This document shows positions 1 to 14,000 of a DNA stretch of 64,000 bases, one piece after another. Within the stretch, counting starts at the first letter, position 1. The number at the start of each line of letters is the position of its first letter. The position numbers were made by a program, and so were the translations under genes. Origin of the DNA: Bugula neritina (Eukaryota > Animalia > Bryozoa); NCBI GenBank assembly GCA_964035545.1, contig OZ037768.1:16413875-16477874 (forward strand). Reading direction: 5' to 3'. The notes under the pieces are model-generated. The model saw only the letters and a program-made list of their open reading frames with translations, was not told the origin of the DNA and ran no database searches.

Positions 1-1759
1 TGTAAAACGGGAAAATGAATTGAAACTAGCTTGAAGGTTGAGACAGAGTGTTAGAAGTTGTATAATGAATAGAAATATACCAAGATATTCAAGTTACAAT
101 AATTACTATATAAAAAAGAGTACATTGCATAGTAGCAGATCTAGGCCATATTCCTTTGTAGTTATACTATAATTTCAATTTAAGTGCATGTAAATATGAA
201 GCTAATAGATACATGCAAACTTTTTTATGCCTGTTGAGTACACTTTTTTTTAAAAATATCATTATTCAAACTATTCGCAGTGCACAAAGAACCTAGTGTC
301 ATGAATTGAGTTCTCCACAAAACAGCTGTGAAATAATAGATTTTCTCTAAACTCAAGTTTTGTACAAGTTTTAAATCGAAAAAAATCAAAATGCTTTTTT
401 TAGTGATCAGCTGCAAACTCTAACACAGATTTTGATATAAGGATATATTATATATTATATATATTATTATAATTGTCAAATAATGATTATAGTTTAAGCT
501 GATATATCTGCATGAACCAAGAAATTGTATCATAGTCTCACTACAGCTTGTAGCTATAAGCCTATAACTGTTGGCTCTTTATTTGTAAGTAATAAATAGT
601 TATATTGCTTATTACGTAGATTCTGCCTCCTAAGATTCCAAATATTGGTTATATCAATAAGGTTATGCCACCGCGTAAGAATTACATGTGTAATAGTACA
701 ACGTTTGATGTAATTACTGACTGACGATTTGATTGAGCGTTATACGCGCTGTTATGGAGTTGTCCTCAAAACATCGCGTAATATAGGCTGACCTCATTTG
801 CAATTTATGCATTGCTGAGCTCCGCATTCATCTACGCGCAATGCCAATTGGGTATTTTGAATTCTTTATAATACTATAATTATTATATAAACGTATGAAT
901 ATTACCAATTTCCATTTGAGACGCGCTCGTGTAATACCTCTACTCTTACTGAGGTTCTACAATAATTGCACGATAAATCAACTAGTTCAGCTTGAAACTT
1001 CACATTTTGATTTATTAATATTATTCAAATGAAAATTTTATATATTGAAATTTTCACTTTGATTTTGTTTTAAGTCTTTTTAGTTTTTTACGTAGTCTCA
1101 GTCTGATGACTCATAAGTCAAGTGTTATGGTTTTACTCTTTTAGTTTTAGTTTTACTTTTAAAATTACTATTACTATTACTATTAGTATTAGTATAACTA
1201 TAACGATAAGCATTCCTATTACTATTACTATTAGTATTACTATTACTATTAGTATTAGTGTATAAAATAATATAATTATAATATTAATAACTAAAGTAAT
1301 AGTAATACTAATACTAATACTAATAGTAATAGTAATAGTTATACTTATAGTTATACTTATACTTATAGTAATACTAATACTAGGTGAGTTAGTTAATACT
1401 CATAGAATTACTATTAGTATTAAGTATTAGGGATGGTGATACTGGTAGTGATACTGATAAGTAATAGCGGTAGCATTGTGATACTTGGTTACTGATTCTG
1501 ATTCAGATTGGGAGCGCCATAGCCCATAGTCACTAGTGATCGTAATAATCCTAATCATAGTATAAACATGGCATAGTCATACTCATGTCTCATAGTGATA
1601 GTGATAATGATACTCATATTCATACTCAGTATAAGTTTCAATGAAAATGAAAATATAAATGATAAAATTAAAAATGTTATTATTAAATATTATTCAATAT
1701 TACTATTAATAGGTACTATGTCATAATCATATTGATAATCATAATGAATGTGGTGTTAC

Positions 1760-2690
1760 AAGGTCATACCTCAAGCTCATGGCTCATTTCCATTACGGTG
1801 ATTACCAGTTACCTCTGGTCTGCCACAGAGATTGGTTTTAGGACCAATACGCTTCCTCGTCTTCATCAATAACTTACCTGACTCTCTGGATTGCTTGTGT
1901 GCCTTGTTTGCTGATGACACTCTTGACTGCTCACGTACCTTGTTTGCTGATGGCAGCTTTATCTATTAGGATATAGCCTCATTGAGTGGCCGCAGTAGGT
2001 TCCAACGACACCTAGATTGGTACTTAGTGCTTGGTCAGACAAGTGGGATATGTCATTCAACATTTCTAAGAGCATAACCATAAGCTTTAACTTTGTAGCC
2101 AAAACTTCCAAATACATGTATCAGTGCTAAATCATGTAGAATCTACAAACTACCTGGGTGTCACATGACGGTCAGATTGCTGGTTCAGTAAACATACATA
2201 CAAAAATACACGATGCTAAAAGACAATTGGGTATGGTTCAGAGAGCTACTCTACTGACCCCCTGAACGAGTACAGCTGATTGCATGTAAATCATTATGTT
2301 TGTTGCACCTTTAGTGTGCTAGCACAGCTTGGGGCTCAGCAAAAATGCAACCAAATGCTGGACAGCTCATAAACAATATCAAAGGTCGAAGAGATACCAA
2401 AAGCACCATAAAGAAATTCTGCCTACAGCCGTTTGAACAAAAAACGAAAACCAGACATATTAATTTTCTGAAGATTTTGACAAAAGAACAACATCTAGCT
2501 CTCAGATTTGCCTATGATGACCTGTCAACAACCAGCACTATACCTACGTCCGACTTGCTTCCAGTGAACAGTGTTCTCCCAAGGACTATTGGATATCTAA
2601 AAATTTGTCACGCTCGAGACAATAGCTTAGAGATCTTCATGTAGACAAGATTAAATTCATGTTCAGTTAATACAGCATAAAACCTGTACT
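1760..2690 (+). mobile_element. Decayed, 5'-truncated non-LTR retrotransposon (CR1/L2/Jockey-group LINE) reverse transcriptase remnant
   Basis: Manual translation from 1808 gives VTSGLPQRLVLGPIRFLVFINNLPDSLDCLCALFADDT, matching the LINE RT motifs V.SGVPQGSVLGP.LF..YIND and (Y/F)ADD. Downstream WSDKWDMSFNISK and YLGV-like motifs are broken by frameshifts. Boundaries approximate. Confidence 0.85.
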
Positions 2691-2736
2691 AATTGTGTGG
2701 CTATTGTCCAATGACTACCCTACATATTACCCATAT

Positions 2737-2819
2737 GCGGCACACCTCTAGGGCGGCACACCTCTAGGGCGGCACACCTCTAGGGCGGCACACCTCTAGG
2801 GCGGCACACCTCTAGGGCG
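2737..2819. repeat. 16-bp tandem repeat (GCGGCACACCTCTAGG) x5 at the 3' end of the LINE remnant
   Basis: Five perfect copies read directly. Confidence 0.95.
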
Positions 2820-3985
2820 ATCCGATTTGATGATCACTTTGATTAAGTCTAAGTATCATCCTTATAAATTATTATTATCAATTTATTAAACTCAAGTTGA
2901 ACCTAATAACCGCAACACTGTTTTATATTAACCCTATTCATTATAAGGACAGTCCTAATTTTAGTACCACTTTCGTTTTGCTGCTGACTTCTGCTTTGAG
3001 TTTAAAGTTAAGTTTCTATTTTTAATCTGATAATGGCTACTGCTGGTAAAAATAACACTCTACTTTCACTCTATGCCTATTACTAAGTTACTCTTAGGAC
3101 TTAATCCTACTGTTTTGATTTTGAGTCTAAAATTTCATCAGCATTTACAAAAATAATTTTTTGTAATTATCATCTTAGTTGGAATTGAAGTTCAACTGTA
3201 GATGTAAAAATTATTTGTTATTTAAAGTTGAATCTAAAAGCTAAAACTGTAAAAAGTTTTTGTAGTTGACTTGGCACGTTGTGGGCAGTGATAAATTTTA
3301 CCAAGACCTTAATAATCCCGTAGCATAAGCCAGCTCTTAAATGCAGTTCTTGTTGCATTTCATGAAACGATTGATAGGCCTTTACCCAGTAAACAGGTCT
3401 TGTATAAGTTCAATTGTAATCGCTATAAGAGAACTAGTAGGGCTGAGTTACACAACTATGTTAAAATTTGTAAGAGAATTTGACAAAGCATGGTAATTGC
3501 TTGCTGCACATATTTTTGTTTTTGCTAGATTGGCAGTTGACCTCATGTTTATAGAATATTTTCAAGGTCAAATTACCTATACACAATGATTTCATTGTTC
3601 TTATTATTACTTATGTGTAAAGCTGCATAAAATATGTTCCTTATTAATATAGCTGTATGAATACCTTGTCAACAAAAGTTTACCTATTGTGTTTAACCAT
3701 GAAATGTTGATATGTAATTCACCTCTGTGACTCTATTCAAGTTACAAGGTCAACTGTGTGGGTTGATAACATTTTCTAGTTGTCCTGCGACTTTTCTAAA
3801 ATCATTTGTTGCTTATACACACAGGTAGGAGCTTGGACTATTTGGCAGATTTATTACAGTATACTGTATCTCTAAAGCAATCTTTGTCTTTTTGTCTATA
3901 GGGCAGCAATTAAATACCATTCATTATATGGCTGAGGCAGGACAAATACTATACTTTCTCTTCACACTGTGACTGGTCTGTAGCC

Positions 3986-6900
3986 ATGGGTGGATGTAAT
4001 AGCTTATGTATACCAACTAAAAACCCCAACCTTTGCCGAGAAAATCATGCTTCTCTTCCTAAATTACGGAGCTCAAAGCGACATTACAATACCACATACA
4101 GCCATGCGGAAGTTCTCCACAGCCCTGATTCGATCAATATCAAGTAAGCTAATAGTTATGCGATTTTTCTATCACTTTTGTATTAACAACCATTGTTTTC
4201 CTTTCATTATTAGTGAAAGATTTTTGTTATATTTCGATTTTGCTATCGGCAGTTATGAGTCATAACTTATGCTTAGACATTTTCAACATAACACGGTATG
4301 GTTTGGCATAGTGACAGGCTAAGTAAAGAGTTCATTGATGTCAATGCTTGACTAGTTACATAAAGACAGGTTCAGATAATAGGCCTTGCTCATATCAAAA
4401 TTGTTCAAAAATTGGGTGATGCTCTCAATTTAGTACATCATTTGAAGATTCAGAGTACAACATGGTTATGGGATGTTTTTATAGCACAGCTTCGGAAGAG
4501 GAGTTGATGACATTGCCTGGTATCAACCGAGCCACTGCCAAGAATATTGTTGAATATAGACAACAGATAGGCTCTTTTAAACAAGTAGAAGATCTAGCGG
4601 TTGTCTTTGGAGTTGGTGCTACTAAACTAGAGAGTTTGAGGACTGAAATATGTGTTGCCAAACCTAAACAAAGCAAATCAAGCAGTCCGAACGGCAGCTT
4701 GAATGGCGTTGAGCCAACTGCACCCAAGTCCAAGCCACTCTCACATAAACGAGTCAATGTAAACACATCCAATGTATTCCAGTTAATGAAAGTTAAAGGC
4801 ATTGGTTTGATCATGGCTCAGAATATTGTGGCTTATAGAGATAAGAAGGGGCAGTTTAGAGCAATAGATGATTTGCTCAAAGTAAAGGGCATTGGTCCTG
4901 CCATCTTGAGTATTATTAGACTTGAACTTTGTCTGGACGATCAGTTGGACCAGCAGAGTAACTCCGCCGACAGCGGCATCGGTCCATCGTCAGCTCATCC
5001 TCCAGCTGCCATAAGCTTGCGTTCTCCTGATTCTACCTCCACCACTAGTGACCACGTGAGTCAGCTGGTTGCCATGTGCGGTCCACTGACTGAGAGCTCC
5101 AACAGACCAGATGTCACACCATTTGATTTCAAAATGGATGGCAGGAAGGTTGTTAGGATAGCGTCGTGGAACATACAACAACTCACAGATGACAAAGTCA
5201 ACAACCCAGGGGTTAAAGAAGTGGTCTGTATGACCATCCTGGAGAATGGGTATGATATGCACCTACCATGTTCTCTCGCCATATTCTCTCTGTAGTGTTG
5301 TGTAATGGGTGGTAATTCACAACCGAAATACTAAAATTTAGATGTGACAATGATTTACATGTACATTGAATATCATCGAGCCTAACATGTACTGAGGAGA
5401 TGCTGGTAGAGCTAGCTAGCTGCTAATATGATATTATCCTACTTTGAACTGTCAGCATAGGCCTGTGTCATCTTTCTTGCAGCTGTTGAGTCGTACTATA
5501 TTTCAAGATATGTTACCCACTACTGTGTATGAACCTAATGTTACAATATTGAAAATAGTTGGCCTGCATAGTGGTTGGAGCACTTGTTGTTCTTGTTTAA
5601 CACTTGAATACTGCTGTCAGCCTTCCTAGTGCCACTCTGCATTACACTAGTTATTATCCCAAACCCCTGACACTTAACAGAAGTGTTGTAGTCATTACTT
5701 TCAATATCTACTAAGTCACAGGTCATGTATGCTGCCTGCTGGTGGAACTCCAAGAATAGTGACATAATTTGCTACTTATTTGGCAGTTGAATGTGACTAC
5801 TACTGCTGCATTTGATGATCAGACCACTAAATGGGTTGATAACTTGGTTAGAATAATAGTTGGCGATCCTGTGCCATAGTGGGTACTTTGACTATTCAAT
5901 GAATCTACTAGACTAGCTATAAGGCATCTACTGGTTTATGGTTGAAAGACAGTGTGGCAATGATGACTTACAAACTATACTCTGTAATTTCCAGATATTA
6001 TTTAAATTAAAATTCCCAAGTATGAGTCAAGTTCATTATATCCTGGAGTGGAATACTCCTAAGAAGGCTGTCAGTTACTGAAGCTATTAGATTGTAGCTG
6101 CCAGTGCAAGTCTCATGATAGTCTGCACTTTGTTCTCTGGACTCATGGTTCAACAATTGTTATTGTATGCACATGACCCTTTTATCTAGATGGGAATTGA
6201 ATGTTGTCATTTTAATCTCCCTAAATGTTTTAACTTCAGTAGAGGGACTGTGGTTGAGTGATAATACTTTTATTTGATCTCTGCTTCAACATCAATAGCT
6301 GACTTCTCATATAACGTGTCATCCTAGGTTTTCTTTCACACTTTCTTTACATCATGAAGTCATAATATTTATTGAAGAATGCAAGATATGTCTGTGCCTC
6401 TGCAAAATTTCACTTTGATAATTTTGAAAATTCTACATAGTGCTGGTAGGTTTGTTAACCATTCAAGTGAAACATGTTCCTCAACTATTTGACTATGCAA
6501 TATATTGAAAACTCACTAAATTGAAAAAATGTCCAATATAATAGGTCTTAATTATGTATAGCCTATCACAATGCCGTTTGTATCTGACCAAGTACATATT
6601 AAGTTGGAATACTATGAGCAGGAATAATGTCAGAGCCAAAACGCTGCCATCTTTTGTACCCAAATACATTTCCTAGCTGAATTTAATATTTGGAAGTATT
6701 GACATTCTATCTATTTATGTGCTGGAATTTTCAGGTTTGGCCTAATAGCTTTTCAAGAAGTGGCCAAGAAGGATGCTCTTCAAAAGATATGTGATGAGCT
6801 GAACAACCCTACACTGCCGAGTGTGAGCAAGTGGAGGGGTGCCAGGGGGCACTGGGAGGTGCGAGTATCCACCACCCCTACTGGTAGAATGTTCCAAGGG

Positions 6901-9900
6901 GTGGAGTACAACGGCTTCCTCTACGACACAGAGCAAGATATCACTCTGCTCTCAGCTTCTCTCATTGAAAATTCTGGTGCTGAAGGGAATGAGAAATCTT
7001 TCGTCAGAAAGCCATATGTGGGTCATTTCAAGGTAGGCATTTTAATTATGTTATGAGGGAGGATTCGGATAGCAAGACCTGTGTGGGTGGGTTGGAACTA
7101 GTGAGTCAATCTATTCATTTCTATGAAAGATGAAAATAACATACCTGATAATAACATATCATTGGGCAGCTTTACAGTTAAGTCTGATATTACTACCTCT
7201 AGCTGTAACCACACTGAATAGAAATATTCTAAAGAAATATTTTCAGTAATAATTGTAGGCTAAAGAGATTTGAGTATAAAATTTCCTATGGCATGACTAT
7301 GGGGCCGCCAACTTATATTTAAATGACTCTTCAACATGGTTTTAGTGGCCAGTTAGTAATTTATTTTAATGGCTTACATAATTAATTTGTTAGATAAATA
7401 TATGGCTGGTACTTGATAGATTAATTAGTTAATGGCATTGCCTTCAATGTCATTTAAATTGGCCCAGATTGTTTTTGGTTACTAGCATCCAAATGTTGTG
7501 TAGCTTAGCCCCATTTTTAAACTAAATATTTTTCTTCACTCACACTTTAGGTGTGCGCATCATGATGGTTTGAAAATTCTATGGTGGTTACAAAAACACT
7601 GATCAAGACAATTTAAACATGTTTACTAGAAATACCACTTTATAGAGTGCACTTTTTATTTGTAAAGCTTTTTTTAGTATAATAATTACATTATAAATAA
7701 TATTAACTTTTAGACCACATTAGGAGTAGTTGTTTTTTATTGCTGAAAGTTTGTAATTTTAATAATTTTTGAAAAGTGAATATCATTCTCCATAGGACAC
7801 CTACATGTTGTATGAATGCTACTTATACCCCAGCTGCATGTTGTGTGAGAATATTAGTAATTCAATGTGATGGTAGGCTGCCAGGGTTGTCTAGTTAGTC
7901 CTCTCTGCTCCAGATATAACCATAGGCAAGCTGGTGTAGTGCTGTGAAGTGAAGGTTGCACAGAGGGTTGATATTTGAATGTTTCTTATTTTAGCTGCAC
8001 ACTGTAGACGTGACTGTGTGCTCCGTTCACCTTAAAGCAGCGGGTCTCAAGAACGAGGACCTGGACGACTCTAAGCTGGAGGCAACTACAGTACTTGAAA
8101 TAGCCAAAGCAGTGGAGAAGAAACTGGAGAATGAGAAAGATGTGATTATATTGGGAGACTTCAACATGTCCCCTGACTCCCAAGGTAGGACTCTACTTCA
8201 ACATGTCCCCTGACTCCCAAGGTAGGATGACTCCCAAAAGTAGTTCAACCACATTACAAGAATGTAGACTACAGTTTATTCAGTGCTACTTGCCAGAATG
8301 ATGCACCTTAAGCTTGCTGGCTCACGCACTCCTATACTAGTCATTATAACCAGTAATACTAGTAATGTAACTAGTAGTATTAGTAGTAGTAGTAACTGTA
8401 ACACTTGTAATGCTACTAGTAACTTACTAATACTTCTGATGGTATTACTGATCATAGTACTACTAGTGCTACTATTGCCAGTAGTAGTTCTGCTGTTACT
8501 AGTCGTAAGACTAGTAATGTAGTGATAAATGTCATGCTGGAGCTGGAAGTATAACTAATGACTGACTGTGGATTAAAGTTGAAATAAAGACTAGCTACTA
8601 TATATAGATCTGATTTGGACTGCAGCCAGTTATCTTCTGTGTGGTTGTGTTTTATCTAAACTCTTAGCCTAAGCCCCTGGGCTTATGCTTATTAATCACC
8701 GGATTATTATATTTTGATAAGTATAATGATAGCCGTGTTATCAATCCTGTATTAGTACTATACTAGCATTAGGCTGCATTAATAGTTCTAAAAGTTGTGT
8801 GCGAAGTTCAGGTAACTGAAGTTTTTTTAAATTTCAACTGTTAGAATTTTAGATAATTTTGTTGTTCAATTATTGAAAATGTATTCACTGAAAGTAACTT
8901 GCACTCATAGCATAAACTGTAAATAATGGCACTATTGTTCTAGTCAAGTGTTGATACATATCGCGTAACTATGTAACGTACTGAATGGGTAACTGAGGGG
9001 GTGGGTGAGAGCGTGAAATTCCTAAGACGTTACTGTTACTAATGGTACTCAAACAATAATATTATGCTAGTAACATTCATTGGTTTCCTGTGTATTAATC
9101 AACCTCAGTTTGACCTCGGCCTGTTCATCCCTCAGGTTGTGTTCAGTGCTGTCGTTCTATTGCATCGGTTTTTTGAAGTTGCCTTCTCTTATGTGAAGGC
9201 TGCATAATAAGAAATCCAACCTAAGGTTTATATTCCCTAGGGCTCAGTGATGACGATTATACTATGCAGACTCTTGAGGTGTATAATACCTAAATAGATG
9301 CTTTGCAATGAACTCTTTTGTGGAACAACGCTCCATAAAGAAAGATATTAGTTGTTGGCTAAATTCTATTGAATTGAAACTACCATTATTTTCACCTCAC
9401 ATCAAACTTCAACATTGCAGGTTAATGTATTTGATAAGGTTCGGTTCAGTGAAATTGGAGATTCATAGTTGCAGTGAGCAGTGACATCAGTCACTAAATA
9501 GGAATAAGTTGGAACAGCTGTTTTTGTCACTATGCAGTTGCTATGTTTCAAATAAAACAAACTAAAAACTAATTTTCCTGGCAACAATAAATTTTGGGAA
9601 ATTTCATAGAATTAGATTCCAATAAAATAAGTTTTCCCAAGTACTAGTGACATCTGACAAAGCAGTGCTATAATGTCATGGTTCCTTAGTTTTGGCTAGT
9701 AATGAACAATAACCTTCCAGCAGGTCGAAGGCCTGATCTGTTAAGTTCAACCCATTATTTCAGCCTTATATATTATTTATACTATTATTATGGTATAATC
9801 TGTATGTTCTACTAGATTCTCAGCAACTTCCACTAAAATTTTGTCACCCCAACGCACTTGCTCTGGGAAGAATGTTGACTAATGGGTCAACCAATGGTAG

Positions 9901-11001
9901 TGATTAAACATTTGTTACTACACCTCCGATCTTAGGCTTGTGCCATATTGGAGGGTCCAGAGAATGTTCCAACTAAAGGAGTTATGTCCCCCATAGATAT
10001 GCAGTCAAAGCTTGGGTTCATGTCTAGATCTGAGAGCAGCTTCTACAGCTAATGTGAACTGCAGCTAGTTATTTGAGATACAGTTCTCTTACTCATGTTT
10101 ATATATATTTGTTTTTTATTGAGGGCCCCCTTTATGCAAATGAATTTGTTTTTTAACTGATGCCACTTGTTCTACTGAGACAGGTTTTTATAGCCAATAC
10201 TTATCAAATAATTGCTTGTCTATTTTTAGAGTTTGATGCATTCAGAACAAGTGGCTACACGAATATGATCCCATCCGATCTGTTCACCAACATCAGTAGC
10301 AGGAACATGTCTGGTAGTCAGCCGTACGACAACATGTGGGCGAGCAGACAATCCCAACAAATCTACACAGGTATGCTGGTGTATTGCATCTATTACTTAC
10401 ATCTACTACTACTATTTATATCTACTACTTACTATTTACATATACTACTTACTATATATATCTACTACTTACTATATTTACATCTACTACTTACTATATA
10501 TATCTACTACTTACTATTTACATCTACTACTCACTATATTTACATCTACTACTTACTATTTATATCTACTAAAAGTTTACTGCAGTAGGCAGTGCACTGT
10601 TAAGTTAGATCATAAATTTCATATATACTCTACGGCCTGCATGGGTATAGTATTTGTTGTAACTAAAATTTACTTTAAGGATGTTTGTGTGTATGTTCAA
10701 GGTTTTACTTTTTAGTTGGGCACTAAGTACGTTTTCAAGATATACAATTTGTAACTTTTAGTTTAACAAGGGTGGTTTAGTAACAGTTTCATGCATTCTG
10801 TTTGTAGGGAGGCATGGTGTGATTAGAGAAGGGCTAACTAGCCCGTGGATACCCGACGGATGGTCATGGGGTGGGGTGGTCAGTGACCACTGCCCTATAT
10901 GGGTAGAATACTTTGTTGACAAGGACTTAGATTCCGGCACAGCTGGTGAACTTGAAGGTATTGTGCTCACTGCTGCCCCCTCTTTGCCAAATGAGCCGTA
11001 A
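3986..11001 (+). CDS. EEPD1: Endonuclease/exonuclease/phosphatase family domain-containing protein 1 (two helix-hairpin-helix domains + DNase I-like EEP domain), 581 aa
   Basis: Exons 3986-4143, 4485-5249, 6735-7032, 7995-8184, 10230-10370, 10808-11001, all GT-AG and in frame (1746 nt). N-terminus MGGCNSLC (myristoylation-type). HhH motifs NINTASEEELMTLPGI..GVGATKLE and VNVNTSNVFQLMKVKGIG. EEP motifs ASWNI, AFQEV, SVHLKA, ILGDFN, YDNMW, SDHCPIW. Closely matches recalled human EEPD1. Confidence 0.95.
10397..10570. repeat. ~20-bp minisatellite (ATCTACTACTTACTATTTAY) in EEPD1 intron 5
   Basis: About 8 imperfect copies starting ~25 nt after the donor at 10371. Confidence 0.9.
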
Positions 11002-14000
11002 AGTTACACCTCCCTCCTCCAGGTTTGTATAAATTTCATTGAGATTGTATGTGACTAAGCAGTTTCAGAATACCGCTACTAAAGTAAATAATATTTCTAA
11101 AAGATAAAAATCAACAAATAACTTCTTGGCGTTAGAACACTTCTTGGAATGTAACTGTTTGCCACATTCAGGAATTTCTGTTCATGTTTTCCTGCTTTGT
11201 TATATTTCTTGTAAAGTATTTACTGTTTGTTTGCAGGTTTCACTCTCTCTCTTCTTGCCAAACACCACCCCAAACTAGTCACAAGTCCTCTGTGGTTTTC
11301 TAATGTCTTCTAATCTGATATTAAAGTGAAGGAAATGTTTTAGCGAATTGACGCTATTTTGGGATTATCTTGTAACTTTTTTCTAAGACTAAAATAGTTG
11401 TATGGTGAATAATGTGTTTTAAACTGTTAAAATTTTTAGCTAATCATAAAAAAACTGTCTAATTTACTGGTTGCAGCTAATAAGCGTTTGAGATATTTTA
11501 TTGCCAAGTTTTACGTATCTATTAAGGTTCGTTATTTCTTTGAGAAAGTGGTCAAGCCTTGGGTTTGATACTCTTCTTTACAAACTGCATACTGGGAGAG
11601 TCATGCGAAAATAGTAATAAATTTATAGTAGTATGTGTTGTAATTGACAGAGCTCATAAGACACCATTTCATCAGTCAAATGAATTTAATAACAGTACTT
11701 TAGATCTTTAACTATGAAATAATTTGTTTAAATTATATTATATTAACATTTAAAAAATGTATGGTCAGCTGTAAAATAATATATAAGCAATTGTTATTGT
11801 GCAATGAGACAGGTTTGCTGTTGAATTTATGTTATTTATGGTTCCAAATATTAATTTGCAAAATTGAGCTTTATGTTTGTTAATTTAGAAACTATATTGC
11901 TTTTATATTTCAATTGAGATTTTATCACTGTCTCTTGTCGAACGTAATGTTAGTAAATTTTATTTATATTATCTATTAAATTCGCTTCTATATGCTGAGT
12001 TATGAAACTTTTTTTGTAATAGATATTGAGTAAAATATCAGTATTATCAACAGAGTATAGCCAGTAAATGCAAATAAATTGTATATACATTTAACTCTAT
12101 ATTGTATTCATTAGTTGTTTTAATAAAATTGCAAATACATGTTTTCCTAGGTTGGAATGCCTGATATGTATAAATTTAGGCATATTTACATGATGTGTCA
12201 TTGTAATACCAATGATTACCTTGTGTTAACATACAATATTCATTAATTTCAACTCCCACGCAGAATTTAGCAATAATATGGCGGTGTTGATTATGTATAT
12301 ATAAGGTCATTTTATCTTTAAACATAAGTAAGGTAAAATATCAGAAAAAACAGCTATAATCTAAATTATTGAAAACAAGGACTGCAGTTAATATTATATT
12401 ATGTTCAAATTGTTACCCAATTGCATTCGTGCGAATTATAGAGACTATATTCATGTTATATAATATTCAAGTCATAATATGTTATCTTAAGCTACCATAA
12501 TGTAGAGGCAAGCTTAAATTTTGTGTGAAGAAATGCCAAGATCCTACATTTATAAGTCTCTGTGAAAATATTCTGGTAATGGTTATATATCACTAAGGGA
12601 ACATTCAAAATTAATTTCCAATGTTTTATGTACATTGAAGATGCTATCTCGGGTAAAACTTTTGCACCTGCTATAAAAGAAACCAGTGAGTGAAATTCCA
12701 AAAGAACAGGTGTATTAAAACTGTAAATATAATAGTTATCTCTTTGTTCACTAGGGCTATCTCAGGCTTTGTGGTTGGGGAAGTTTAGTTGAGGGCCTGC
12801 CTGCTGCTCAGCATTCTGCTATGCCTCAGTCTCCATTTCGCGTGTAGCATTTGAATAGGCTTAATTCAATGAACAATGCCCCCCTCCCCTGTATTTTGTA
12901 ACTATCTGATGTGTCTTAGTTTTAGTTTCAGCCATTTTGAATAGTCAGTAGTCACAAATTTAGCAAATTGTATGTCAGCAGTAAACCAAAGATCAGTAGA
13001 AACTCATTTTTTTAACTTTTTATTTGGTTGCATAAATTCCTGTATTCCATATTTTATATTCCATACACTGATATTTTGCATTTTACATCACCTACATTTA
13101 TGAGTTTTATCTGCATTTTATTTCTGTATTAGTATGCTTTATCAAACCTACAAGTTTACGTAGGTTTCAAGGTCTATTAGATCTGAAAGGTCTAAAATCT
13201 AAATGGTCTATACTCTATAGTCTATTAGATCTACAATAAAGAGCAGTGAGACAACTCCATGCAGCGCACTGACACCTTTACATAGCACAATCAAAATCCA
13301 GTACAGTAAAACCTCGACCAGAGTGAAATACTCTACAAAAACTCTTTATTATTACCACTAATATAATAAAAGTAAGGATGTTTCCTGCTGTAGCATGAGT
13401 AGCATGTAAATTTTTATAGTACGTAAGATGTTACAGTATGTAATATTCCTCTTTTCTATGAGTGTTACTGAGCGAAAGTTGTAAAACCTGATCTCTTCAA
13501 ACCGGCCTGTGCACTCAGGTGATTCCTTATGGCTTATATGAATCCATCTACAATTATTTTATAGAGTTGTCCTACCCAAAAAACAGGTTGGAATAACTAG
13601 ATTCAGCTGATCAGTTTATTATTGTTTCATCGAAGTAAATTAATTTTCATTTTAATTGAATATGAAAATGATTATATCTGTTTTATTTTTGTTTTGAAAC
13701 TTTTGTATTGTTTCACTAGTGATTCCTGGTTACTCTTGATGATTACACTGATTTTGTTTGTTTTAGAGTCAGTACCAATCTAGTATAAATATAATACCGA
13801 TCTTAATCTAAAAATAAAAGTATAAGATTAAGTATAACTAATACTAATAGTAATACTAATAGTAATAGTAGTATAATAATATCAATTTAATAATTAAAAT
13901 GATAATCACAAATATATTGAAAATCGTAATGATAATCCATTAATCATAACTAATAGTAATAACTAATAAGTAATAATAATAATATTACTCACTAGTCACT

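Noticed and set aside
1101-1125. Other CTGANGA matches as hammerheads (e.g. 1103, 1911, 3136, 22019, 55306, 56663, 60421)
   Set aside because: No stem II followed by GAAA and no closing stems I/III.
3990-4265. 91-aa ORF as a separate gene
   Set aside because: Out-of-frame overlap of the real EEPD1 exon 1 (ATG at 3986).
4462-5295. Bacterial ComEA-like gene or horizontal transfer
   Set aside because: The HhH motifs belong to spliced EEPD1 exon 2.
8283-8522. Hydrophobic 79-aa ORF (also 14255-14754, 18388-18627)
   Set aside because: Translation of low-complexity TAG/TAC/TAA-rich intronic or intergenic DNA.
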